Part shown: piece by piece, positions 34,839 through 44,108 of the stretch | Numbering within the stretch: the stretch's first letter is position 1 | How the letters are laid out: each line of letters opens with the position of its first letter | Origin: an uncultured Thermococci archaeon | Lineage (GTDB): Archaea; Methanobacteriota_B; Thermococci; Methanofastidiosales; Methanofastidiosaceae | NCBI GenBank assembly: GCA_964621955.1 | Contig: CAZUMN010000003.1 | Coordinates: 175-64,174, forward strand | DNA: 64,000 nucleotides | Direction: 5' to 3' | Translations under genes and position numbers: made by a program | The notes under the pieces: model-generated | Told to the model about the DNA's origin: nothing | What the model saw: only the letters and a program-made list of their open reading frames with translations | The model's database searches: none

Positions 34839-35147
34839 ATGATTTTGATGAAGAAAGATGTACCCTTTGGGACAAGACCTATAATAACAAATATTGTTGC
34901 AACTGGAAGATTTCCAAATGATGTAGATATAGTAAAGGCTTACGGGATTATTGACTTTGTTCATGCCGAATATAACCCTGAGACCTATCCGGCCCTTCTT
35001 GTGAAGGTCCTAATTCACGGCGAAAGAAAGCACGTTACAATCTACAAAAACGGTAAATACATCATTACAGGGGCAAGAACTGAATTAGAATTAAACGAAG
35101 TATATGATGAAGTTATCAGGATATTGAAGGAGAATAAGCTTCTTTAA
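34839..35147 (+). CDS. Single-repeat TATA-binding-protein-like domain protein (half-TBP)
   Basis: ITNIVATGRFPNDVDIVKAYGIIDFVHAEYNPETYPALLVKVLIHGERKHVTIYKNGKYIITGARTELE aligns along its length to one TBP repeat. Compare the TBP consensus I(E/Q)NIVAS..L...LDL..IA.....EY(N/E)PE.FPGL.YR...PK...LIFSSGK.V.TGAKS. Confidence 0.65.
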   Translation: MILMKKDVPFGTRPIITNIVATGRFPNDVDIVKAYGIIDFVHAEYNPETYPALLVKVLIHGERKHVTIYKNGKYIITGARTELELNEVYDEVIRILKENKLL

Positions 35148-35151
35148 TTTA

Positions 35152-36603
35152 TTATTCTTCTAATTCTTCATATATTCTTTTAAACTCGTCAAGTGCTGAC
35201 TCTAAATCTTCTGCAATTTCTAAAGCTAGGAGCTTTGGGTCTGGAAGATTTTCTGAGTCACCTAGGCTATTGTCTTTTAGCCAGAAGATGTCTAGATTTG
35301 TTTTATCTCTTTTCATGATCTCATCATATGTGAATGCTTTGAATCTTTCAGTTTCTGTTCTCTCGTGCCTATTTTCTGGATTATAGCATTTTATGAAGTC
35401 TTCTAGGTCTTCATATCCCAAAGTGTTTGTTTTCAGGGTGAAGTGAATGTTAGTCCTTAGGTCATATATCCATAGTTTTTCTGTCCAAGGTTTTTCGCTT
35501 GCCGGCCTTTTGTCAAAGAATAATACGTTTGCCTTTACACCTTGTGCATAGAAGATCCCAGTTGGAAGTCTCAAAAGTGTGTGGACATCGCACTGTTGCA
35601 ACAATCTCTTTCTGACTGTCTCTCCAGCCCCGCCTTCAAATAGCACGTTATCTGGAACGACTATTGCGGCCCTGCCATTTATTTTTAATAGGGTTTTAAC
35701 ATGCTGCAAGAAGTTCAACTGCTTGTTAGAGGTAGTTGCCCAGAAGTCATTTCTTTGGTATGTTAGGGATTCTTTTTCAATCTTTCCTTCACCATTAACT
35801 ATTGTTATACTGCTCTTCTTTCCAAAAGGTGTATTTGTCAGAACGATGTCGAATCTGTCTCCTGGGTCTGATGCTAAGGCATCGTCAGTTATAATTGGAC
35901 TATCTTCTCCTCCAATCCCATGAAGGTAGAGATTCATTGTGCAGAGTCTTACGACACTATCTACTATGTCCCAGCCGTGAAACGTCCCTTCTTTCAAGAA
36001 CTTTTTCTGTTCGATGTCTAAAGGGCATTTTGAGATTAGATCGTGAGAGGCTAGAAGGAATCCGCCAGTACCGCATGCTGGGTCACAGATAGTTTCTCTC
36101 GGCTTTGGCCTTATCACTTCGACCATGGATTTGATTAAGGCTCTTGGGGTGAAATACTGGCCGGCACCACTTTTGGTATCTTCAGCATTCTTCTGTAATA
36201 ACCCTTCATAGATTGCACCCTTGACATCGATGCCCATGCCCATCCAGGTTTCTTCTCCTTCTATCAGCATGACAAGTCTTTTCAATTTTGCAGGGTCTTG
36301 GATCTTGTTTTGTGCTTTTCTGAAGATGACGCCTATCATCCCCTTTTCTTTCCCTAGGGATTCTAGGATATGTCTATAATGAACTTCAAGCTCATCACCA
36401 TCCTTTTTTAGAAGGCTTTCCCAGTTGAGGTTCTTTGGGATTTTTGATACTCTGTTAAATGGAGGTTTAGTTTGCTCATCGTCCATTTTAAGAAATAATA
36501 AGTATGTGAGTTGTTCTACATAGTCTCCGTAGCTAACACCATCATCCCTTAGGACATTACAGTAGTTCCAGAGCTTTTGAACAGCCATTGATTCGTTAGA
36601 CAT
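35152..36603 (-). CDS. hsdM: Type I restriction-modification system N6-adenine DNA methyltransferase subunit
   Basis: FTPRALIKSMVEV, the AdoMet motif DPACGTGGFL, and motif IV region FDIVLTNTPFG. Followed by hsdS and hsdR. Confidence 0.9.
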   Translation of the reverse strand: MSNESMAVQKLWNYCNVLRDDGVSYGDYVEQLTYLLFLKMDDEQTKPPFNRVSKIPKNLNWESLLKKDGDELEVHYRHILESLGKEKGMIGVIFRKAQNKIQDPAKLKRLVMLIEGEETWMGMGIDVKGAIYEGLLQKNAEDTKSGAGQYFTPRALIKSMVEVIRPKPRETICDPACGTGGFLLASHDLISKCPLDIEQKKFLKEGTFHGWDIVDSVVRLCTMNLYLHGIGGEDSPIITDDALASDPGDRFDIVLTNTPFGKKSSITIVNGEGKIEKESLTYQRNDFWATTSNKQLNFLQHVKTLLKINGRAAIVVPDNVLFEGGAGETVRKRLLQQCDVHTLLRLPTGIFYAQGVKANVLFFDKRPASEKPWTEKLWIYDLRTNIHFTLKTNTLGYEDLEDFIKCYNPENRHERTETERFKAFTYDEIMKRDKTNLDIFWLKDNSLGDSENLPDPKLLALEIAEDLESALDEFKRIYEELEE

Positions 36604-37964
36604 TATACCAACTTCTCCTGAACTATTTTTTCTTTATTTAATCTTTGCTTCTTTATTTTCTCTAAGAGGATTTCTGCAGGCTCATCATTTGGATCTTGTG
36701 GGACAAGTTTTCCTTCAAAGGCTTTTTTTAGGATACTCTGGCGGAGGTTTTTGGATTGTTCTAGTTTAGAATCAACTGTTTCTTCAATGTAGTCAGCAAG
36801 GGAAAATAGTTTTTCTATTCGCTCTACTATTATGTTTTGTTCTTCGAGTGGGGGAAATGGAATAATCTGCGATAAAATGTCAGAATTTCTTACTGCTGGA
36901 TAATTAGTACCTCTTTGGATTTCAGTTAAAGGATTTAAAAAGAAATCAGTTTGGACAAGATAGAATAGCCACTTATAATTGCTATTCGCTGTTCTCAATA
37001 CACAAAATCCTGTAGACACAACTTGATTGTTAAATTCACTAGTTACTATCGCTATGTTTCTTAGATAAGTTCTTACAGTTGAAAATATTATGTCACCTTC
37101 TTTTACTAATTGTCTTGCCCTCGAAGGTGCTTCTTTTCCAAAATAAGTTTTTGGACTTATTATTTTTTGTTTATTATTATCAATAGATGCTATGTCTACA
37201 TAAATAAAAACACTATCGGGATTCTCTTTCGGATTGATTTTTTTAATTTCTAAAATTATATTTTTCAAGTATGTGGAGGTCCAACCATACGGTAATTCTC
37301 TTTTGATATTGATATTTTCCAAAGAATTTGAAGCAGGTTCAATTTTATCCTTATTTTCTTCTCTCCATTTTTCAGAGAGTTTTCCTTCCATTGCATACTT
37401 CAAAATTGCTTGGCGGTATATCTTAAGTTTTGATTTGACTTCATTTAGGGATTCAACACCTTTGTCAAGATTTGTGAAAAGCTCTTCTATTTTATTTACT
37501 ATTCTTTGTTGTTCAGATAATGGAGGAAGTGGAATCGGAATTTTTTTCATAAGCGATTGATTTAATTTATATCTAGTTGTTCCAGTGATATAGTTACGAT
37601 AATCAAAAGTATTAAGATAATGACAAATAAAAGAATTTGTACAAATATTTCTTATAGATTTTATAACATGAGCATGATTATTAACCCACGATTTTCCATT
37701 TATGAGGTAGGCTTTATCTTTGGCAAAATCTAAAAAAGGTGCACCGTCTTCTCCTAGTAAAATAAGCTCTTCATCGAAAATATAGTCATCAATCCACCCT
37801 ACTTGTCCAGTTGCACCATAATATGGGCAAAGTATAGCTTTATCTTTTCCATTAATTCTTTTCTCTCGTTCTTCAGAATTAATTGGGATTCTTTTATTAT
37901 CCAAAATATTGACACAATTGTCTAAACTCGTCCAAACCCAACCTTTGGGTAGCTCGCCATTCAC
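36603..37964 (-). CDS. hsdS: Type I R-M specificity subunit (two target-recognition domains)
   Basis: Duplicated conserved spacers LPPLSEQQRIVNKIEELFTNLD and FPPLEEQNIIVERIEKLFSLAD. Start and stop overlap the neighbouring hsd genes. Confidence 0.85.
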   Translation of the reverse strand: MNGELPKGWVWTSLDNCVNILDNKRIPINSEEREKRINGKDKAILCPYYGATGQVGWIDDYIFDEELILLGEDGAPFLDFAKDKAYLINGKSWVNNHAHVIKSIRNICTNSFICHYLNTFDYRNYITGTTRYKLNQSLMKKIPIPLPPLSEQQRIVNKIEELFTNLDKGVESLNEVKSKLKIYRQAILKYAMEGKLSEKWREENKDKIEPASNSLENINIKRELPYGWTSTYLKNIILEIKKINPKENPDSVFIYVDIASIDNNKQKIISPKTYFGKEAPSRARQLVKEGDIIFSTVRTYLRNIAIVTSEFNNQVVSTGFCVLRTANSNYKWLFYLVQTDFFLNPLTEIQRGTNYPAVRNSDILSQIIPFPPLEEQNIIVERIEKLFSLADYIEETVDSKLEQSKNLRQSILKKAFEGKLVPQDPNDEPAEILLEKIKKQRLNKEKIVQEKLV

Positions 37965-40723
37965 TTGCTCACCAGCGCTTCCTGTAGCTCTTCCATGACC
38001 TTATCTATTTTTCCCTCAAAGACTTTGTCTGCTTTAACAAGTCCACCCTTATTATGAAACGGAGTCTGCTCAAGATCATCTTTAGTTATGCTCATTGAAG
38101 TTGCAATGTGATCTTTTATCATCTTTAGCCATTCTAGCTGCTCACTAGTAAAAGTCACTCCTTGCTTTTTCTTGCTTGACACCCATTCTTCAAACCTCTT
38201 ATCCACTGTATATGAGAAAGGTTCAAGGATTTTAACTTCTCCAAGTTCAAATTTTAAAAGAGATACAATATCTGTAAGTAACTTATGGGGCCCAGCACCC
38301 CTAACTTTTGATTTCTCTAGCTTCCCATAAGCCGCCCACAACTTATCTGTTGTAAGATAATATGGGGGTTTTTCTATCGCTTCAGCAAGCTCCTTAATAG
38401 CGTCATAAGTTAGAAACCTTGTTGGGTAAGGATTACTATAAATAATCTGAAGTGCTGTCAATTCATCCTTATTTTCTTCGATGAAGTTCTTGAAGTTATT
38501 AACAATTATTCTTGCTTTTTCTGCTACAAGATCATCAAATCCTGCAAATAGAACCTCATCCTTGCTTATATTATCAATTATCTGCTCATTCTTCTTTTTT
38601 ATCTCAATAAGCTTCGATATTAGTTTTGGATCTTGAAACGGCTTACTGGCCTTGTTCAAAAGTTCGTCTGTAGCTTTGTTCAATTGCTCTTTTGTAGGCT
38701 CACTAGTATTAAACATCTTACATGCCGTTTCAATAGTCTTGTCCGGATCGACAGCATCAAGAAGTTCATTTACAATCTCATTCATATTCTTTCCAGATAT
38801 TCTCCTAATCTCTTGTTTTTCTTTCTCATCCATCTGCTTATCAATTCTGACAAGTCTATTTGCAAGAGATGTTATCTCATCTCTATTCTTTTTTCGTTCA
38901 GATATGTCTTTTAGCAGTTTTTCTAAAGATACATTTCTCATTCTCTCAAGCGGCATTGAATCTGTTTTATCTGTTTCACATACTCCTACAGCATCTATAA
39001 TTATAAAATGAGTTTTGTTCTGGGCGTCTGGCGTCACACTCATTAGATCAGTCGATGTAATTACTCTTGTTCCTCTTCCTTTCATCTGCTCGAAGTAAAC
39101 TCTTGATCTAACATCCCTCATAAAGATTAGACATTCCAAAGGTTTTATGTCTGTACCAGTTGATATCATATCGACAGTAACAGCTATCCTTGGATTGTAA
39201 GAGTTCCTAAAACTTGCAATTAAGTCCTCACATTTTTCTCCAGTGACTTTGTATGTTATCTTCTTACAGAAATCGTCTCCTTGGCCAAACTCTTCTTTAA
39301 TAATATTTACAATATCTTCTGCATGGGAATCATCTTTAGCAAATACAAGTGTTTTTGGAACAATTTTTCTTCCTGGAAAAATATCTGTGAAAAGTTTTTC
39401 CTTGAATGTTTTCATTACAGTTCTTATTTGATCAGGCGCAACAACGGATTTGTCTAAATCTTTTCCCTCATATTTGAGATCTTCATCGAGAAATTCCCAT
39501 CTAATCTGTCTTGTAAGTCTATCTCTTTTATCAACGTAAAATCCAGGTTCAATGACGCCGCCATCTTCAGTGATTTTAGTATTAATTCTGTAAACTTCAT
39601 ATCCCACATTTACACCATCGGCAACAGCTCTCTCATGATTATATTCCATGACAAGATTCTGATTAAAAAATCCAAGAGTCTGTTTTGAAGGTGTAGCTGT
39701 CAATCCAATAATAAAAGCATCAAAGTATTCCAAAACTTGTCTCCACAAATTGTAAATTGACCTGTGGCACTCATCAGTTATAATAAAATCAAAAGTTTCG
39801 ATTGGGATTGTGGAATTGTATTTTACCTCAACAGGAGCAATATCAAAATCTTCAAATAGGGAGTGCTCTTCTGCTTCACTTTCCATTTCAGGTTCTCCGC
39901 TAAGCATTGAGTAGACTCTTTGAATTGTTGAGATGCAAACTCTGCTTACCGGGTCTATTGCATTAGATGAAAGATGCTGTACATTGTAAAGTTCAGTAAA
40001 CTTTCTCCCATCATCTGGAGTTTTATACTGACTAAACTCTGTCATGGCTTGTTTGCCCAGATTCTTTCTGTCTACTAAGAATAGTATTCTTTTTGCATTT
40101 GAATGTTTTATCAATCTATAGACAAAACTAATTGCAGTAAAAGTTTTTCCAGAACCTGTTGCCATCTGAATCAATGCCCTAGGTTTAGCATCATTAAAAG
40201 ATTTTTCAAGATTTGTAACAGCTTCAATCTGGCAATTCCTCAGGCCAAAAGTTATCAAAGGAGGCATTTCACGTAACTTACCCCTCAATGTTTTTTCATC
40301 AGATAGAAATTCCTTCAAAGTTTCTGGTTTGTGAAAAGAGAAGATTCTTCTTGAGCGTGGCATAGGATCTCTCCTATCCACAAAAGAAGTTTCCTTTCCA
40401 GTGCTGACATATGCAAAAGGTAAAGGAGTTCCTACAGAAGATATGGTATTGGGGATTCCACCTAGATATTTTATTGACTGATCGGCAACACCACCTAAAG
40501 GTATTCCAACTCTTTTAGCTTCAAGGACACCACAAGCTTCTCTATCAATAAAAAGAAGGTAATCGGCAATTCCAGTAAGGAGTGGGAACTCCCTTACAGC
40601 AACACCCCTTGAAGCACTGAGGTCCATCATTTTATAATCCTGAACAACCCAACCACAATCACAAAGCATCTTGTCAATGTCTTCTCTGGCTCTAGCCTCA
40701 TTATTCATAAAAACATCCCCCAT
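37961..40723 (-). CDS. hsdR: Type I R-M restriction endonuclease/helicase subunit
   Basis: SF2 helicase motifs MATGSGKTFTAI, DECH, and LTATP. Confidence 0.9.
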   Translation of the reverse strand: MGDVFMNNEARAREDIDKMLCDCGWVVQDYKMMDLSASRGVAVREFPLLTGIADYLLFIDREACGVLEAKRVGIPLGGVADQSIKYLGGIPNTISSVGTPLPFAYVSTGKETSFVDRRDPMPRSRRIFSFHKPETLKEFLSDEKTLRGKLREMPPLITFGLRNCQIEAVTNLEKSFNDAKPRALIQMATGSGKTFTAISFVYRLIKHSNAKRILFLVDRKNLGKQAMTEFSQYKTPDDGRKFTELYNVQHLSSNAIDPVSRVCISTIQRVYSMLSGEPEMESEAEEHSLFEDFDIAPVEVKYNSTIPIETFDFIITDECHRSIYNLWRQVLEYFDAFIIGLTATPSKQTLGFFNQNLVMEYNHERAVADGVNVGYEVYRINTKITEDGGVIEPGFYVDKRDRLTRQIRWEFLDEDLKYEGKDLDKSVVAPDQIRTVMKTFKEKLFTDIFPGRKIVPKTLVFAKDDSHAEDIVNIIKEEFGQGDDFCKKITYKVTGEKCEDLIASFRNSYNPRIAVTVDMISTGTDIKPLECLIFMRDVRSRVYFEQMKGRGTRVITSTDLMSVTPDAQNKTHFIIIDAVGVCETDKTDSMPLERMRNVSLEKLLKDISERKKNRDEITSLANRLVRIDKQMDEKEKQEIRRISGKNMNEIVNELLDAVDPDKTIETACKMFNTSEPTKEQLNKATDELLNKASKPFQDPKLISKLIEIKKKNEQIIDNISKDEVLFAGFDDLVAEKARIIVNNFKNFIEENKDELTALQIIYSNPYPTRFLTYDAIKELAEAIEKPPYYLTTDKLWAAYGKLEKSKVRGAGPHKLLTDIVSLLKFELGEVKILEPFSYTVDKRFEEWVSSKKKQGVTFTSEQLEWLKMIKDHIATSMSITKDDLEQTPFHNKGGLVKADKVFEGKIDKVMEELQEALVSK

Positions 40724-40889
40724 ACATCAATAAATTGAATATAATATGGACTTTTACAAAGTTATAGATATGAATTCTATATTTATTCATGATTATTAAG
40801 GAATTTCCCTATAAAAACCTATTTATTTCTTAGGTAGAAATCAATTATCTTTAAATATTTGAAGCAATAAAAATATTTGAGGGATTAAT

Positions 40890-41456
40890 ATGAACGCAAA
40901 AATTACAGTTTCTCTTTTTTGTATTTTAATTATCTTAAGTAGTATCTCAATAGTTTCTGCAAAGGTCCTTGTGTTAGATGAGCCAACTGACAATTTAAGG
41001 AAATTACTTTCTAATCAGGAATACGATGTGATGCCGATCCCTATCACAGGCCAGATAGTATTGGAAGAAAGAAATTACTTCAATAGGTATGAAGCAGTTT
41101 ACCTCAGTGAGAAAATCTTCAATGAACTAAAAGAGCCAAACATAATAATTAATCGCAAGAAGGATCCAGGATTTGGGTACATTACAGTTGTTGAGGGAAG
41201 ACCTGACAACGGCGTAATCTCCCAAAAGACCAAAGTAAGTCTCCAGAGGGCGTATTCCAGAAATGTTCCACTTTATGGGTATAATTCAAATGGGGTGGCA
41301 AGAATATCTTTTGTCGACACAAAAGTGGAAAAAGACAAGAGATTTGACATTGGAATAGATCATCCAAGGACTCCGGTCTACTACAAGATAAATGATCCGA
41401 CATGCGCCACGATACCTGTATGGGAGATATGCTGGGAATACACGCAGAGAAGATAA
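40890..41456 (+). CDS. Secreted hypothetical protein (signal peptide)
   Basis: The N-terminal hydrophobic segment MNAKITVSLFCILIILSSISIVSA looks like a signal peptide. Confidence 0.45.
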   Translation: MNAKITVSLFCILIILSSISIVSAKVLVLDEPTDNLRKLLSNQEYDVMPIPITGQIVLEERNYFNRYEAVYLSEKIFNELKEPNIIINRKKDPGFGYITVVEGRPDNGVISQKTKVSLQRAYSRNVPLYGYNSNGVARISFVDTKVEKDKRFDIGIDHPRTPVYYKINDPTCATIPVWEICWEYTQRR

Positions 41457-41465
41457 ATTATTTTT

Positions 41466-42329
41466 TTATTCCTTTTTTGAAAGTAGATAAACGCCAATGC
41501 ATAGAATAAGAATCCCTGCTATCTGCATGGGTGTTACTAACTCCCCAAGAACAAGAAATCCTAGGATTGCAGCAAAGAAGGGTGTTGATAATTCTAGCGC
41601 ACCGGCTTGTGCCGCTTTGACTCTTTTAAGGCCTTCATAGTATAATATGTAACCGACCCCAACTATAATTCCAATTACAATCTGATTTACGCTTCCAAAG
41701 TGGAACTCTGATCTGAATAGCAGATAGATTGAGAAGAATATGGCTGCAATTAGAAATCTGTAAAATGTAATTATTCCACAGTTCATATTCTTTAGATACT
41801 TTCTTGCAACAATACCTGTAGTGGCCCACGACACAGTTGCACCCACAACTAACAGGTCTCCAACAGTCCCTATTCTTAAAATAAGGAGATTTTGTATTGT
41901 TTGGGTAGTGACAAGTAGCGCCCCAAATATCATTATGAATATTCCCGCATAATCATATTTTGAGTGCTTTTCATCCTTTAAGATAAAATAGCCTATTAAT
42001 ATAATAAAGATAGGCTGGAGATGTCCTATCAAAACTGCATTAAGGACAGATATCTTTGTGAGTGCAAAGTAAAATAATAAATCTGCAACGAGAGTCCCAA
42101 CAACAGCGATATAGAATATCACAGAAAATTCTTTTTTAGAAATCTTAATATTTTTTCCATTTGTTGAAAGTGCATAAATTAAGGCCACAACAGTGACAAA
42201 AATGGCCCTGAAAGCTGAAGTCTGAACAACACTAGAATTGGCATAAGCAAGTTTTGCAAATATGGGCTCAATAGCCCACATCACACTTGCACCGACAATC
42301 GCCAAAACTCCAATTCTCTTTTTGTCCAT
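41466..42329 (-). CDS. EamA/DMT-superfamily transporter (10 TM)
   Basis: Two EamA-like halves. The hydrophobic profile is typical. Confidence 0.75.
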   Translation of the reverse strand: MDKKRIGVLAIVGASVMWAIEPIFAKLAYANSSVVQTSAFRAIFVTVVALIYALSTNGKNIKISKKEFSVIFYIAVVGTLVADLLFYFALTKISVLNAVLIGHLQPIFIILIGYFILKDEKHSKYDYAGIFIMIFGALLVTTQTIQNLLILRIGTVGDLLVVGATVSWATTGIVARKYLKNMNCGIITFYRFLIAAIFFSIYLLFRSEFHFGSVNQIVIGIIVGVGYILYYEGLKRVKAAQAGALELSTPFFAAILGFLVLGELVTPMQIAGILILCIGVYLLSKKE

Positions 42330-42375
42330 TGGAGGTTTATAATATATGTTTCTTAAAAGAGTTGCTATGCTGTAA

Positions 42376-42615
42376 TTATTTTCTTCTTTCTTTCATAAAC
42401 TTAATAATATCCTTGTATATGGGCGTTTCTTTTGTTATCTCTCTCTTTTTTCTGAATCCTTCATTTAGTTCCAGTTCTTTTTCTTTGATTTGCATTTTTG
42501 CCTTGTCATCAGCAGATTCCAAAGCTTCTCTTTCCTCAAGTTCTTTTATAGCAATATACGCTAAAGCACCAAAAGTTCCAAGTCCAGCAATGATAATTTT
42601 ATCTTCATCATCCAT
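42376..42615 (-). CDS. Small hypothetical protein with one N-terminal TM helix and a charged coiled tail
   Basis: ORF only. Confidence 0.3.
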   Translation of the reverse strand: MDDEDKIIIAGLGTFGALAYIAIKELEEREALESADDKAKMQIKEKELELNEGFRKKREITKETPIYKDIIKFMKERRK

Positions 42616-42744
42616 GCATTATACTTGGATATTTAGAAATAAAAAGTTATTTGTTATATTTTATTAATCTTCATTCTAAGGGATTATCCCTATACCAAAG
42701 TTTAAATTTAATAAAAAGAATATACTCTGTAGAAAGGTGCGAAT

Positions 42745-44013
42745 ATGGAACTAATTTTAAGAAATGCTAGATTAAATGATGACAGTAATTTAGTTGATAT
42801 AGGAATTCAGAATGGCAAGTTTTCCGAGATAAAAAAGAATATCTCTCAAAAAGGTGATGAAGAAATTGATCTTAAAGGAAGATTTGTTTCTCCGCCGTTA
42901 GTTGAGATACATGTACATATGGATGCAGCTCTTACTGTGGGTGAGCCTAGATACAATCTTGGTGGCACCCTCTTAGAAGGGATTGACATATGGGCAGAGA
43001 GAAAAAAGTCTCTTACAAAAGAAGATGTCAAGAATAGAGTTAGAAAAGCGTTGAAGTGGGAAATTGCAAACGGAGTCACTAGAGTTAGGACACATGTTGA
43101 TATTTGTGACCCATCCCTAAATGCCTTAAGTGCATTATCTGAAATCAAGGAGGAATTCAAAAACTATCTCGATCTCCAGATAGTTGCATTTCCGCAGGAA
43201 GGAATCTTCTCGTATCCTGACGGAGAAGAATTGATGAGAAAGGCAATGGAGAAAGGTGCAGATGTAGTTGGAGGAATTCCGCATTATGAGTGGACAAGAG
43301 AGGATGGCGTAAAGGACACAATATTTGCTGTTTCTTTAGGAAAAGAGCTAGGCAAAATGGTGGACCTCCATATAGATGAAACTGATGACGAACACTCACG
43401 ATTTGTTGAAGTCCTAGCTGCTGAAACAATAAAAAATAATTATCAAGGAAAAGTAACGGCAAGCCATACAACTGCAATGCATTCCTATAATAATGCATAC
43501 GCCTTCAAACTTCTTGGATGGATTAAGAAAGCAGAGCTTAACATGGTGACAAATCCCCTTGATAATTCAGTTCTCCAGGCAAGATTTGATACGTACCCTA
43601 AAAGAAGAGGCCACACAAGGGTAAAGGAAATGGACGCCATGGGGATAAATGTCTCTATAGCTGATGACTCGATAATGGATCCATGGTATCCGCTTGGGAT
43701 TGGGGACCCTTTGCAGGCGGCATTTGTATTTGTCCACTACGGACAGATGTCAGGCTATAACGAAATGATGCGGTTAATTGAAATGATTACAACAAATCCA
43801 GCCAAAGCATTTGGAACAAAAGATTATGGGATTAAAGTAGGAAACTATGCAGACCTAGTTGTATTTGATGCCCCAACAGCAATTGATGCGATAAGACTAG
43901 TTGCTAGGAGATATTTAGTTATAAAAAACGGCAACATTATAGCACAAACAAAACCATACGAGACAAATATCTTCATGGACGGCAAAGAAGATAAAATAGA
44001 TTTTATTAAATAG
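42745..44013 (+). CDS. Amidohydrolase-superfamily protein (cytosine-deaminase-like metal-dependent hydrolase)
   Basis: Metal ligands in the EIHVHMD...HIDETDD...HTT arrangement typical of CodA-like amidohydrolases. 422 aa. Confidence 0.65.
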   Translation: MELILRNARLNDDSNLVDIGIQNGKFSEIKKNISQKGDEEIDLKGRFVSPPLVEIHVHMDAALTVGEPRYNLGGTLLEGIDIWAERKKSLTKEDVKNRVRKALKWEIANGVTRVRTHVDICDPSLNALSALSEIKEEFKNYLDLQIVAFPQEGIFSYPDGEELMRKAMEKGADVVGGIPHYEWTREDGVKDTIFAVSLGKELGKMVDLHIDETDDEHSRFVEVLAAETIKNNYQGKVTASHTTAMHSYNNAYAFKLLGWIKKAELNMVTNPLDNSVLQARFDTYPKRRGHTRVKEMDAMGINVSIADDSIMDPWYPLGIGDPLQAAFVFVHYGQMSGYNEMMRLIEMITTNPAKAFGTKDYGIKVGNYADLVVFDAPTAIDAIRLVARRYLVIKNGNIIAQTKPYETNIFMDGKEDKIDFIK

Positions 44014-44108
44014 AATTAATAATTATTTACTATTTCTTAATTTGACTTTAAAGTATGCCCGATAAATATTTGAAGATGAACTTATTATTTTAGAAGAAGG
44101 AGATTAAA

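Noticed and set aside
42287-42667. 126-aa plus-strand ORF overlapping the EamA start and the 79-aa minus-strand ORF
   Set aside because: Ser/Phe-rich low-complexity translation in an antisense position. Neither it nor the 79-aa minus ORF is strongly supported, and the minus ORF was kept only at low confidence.
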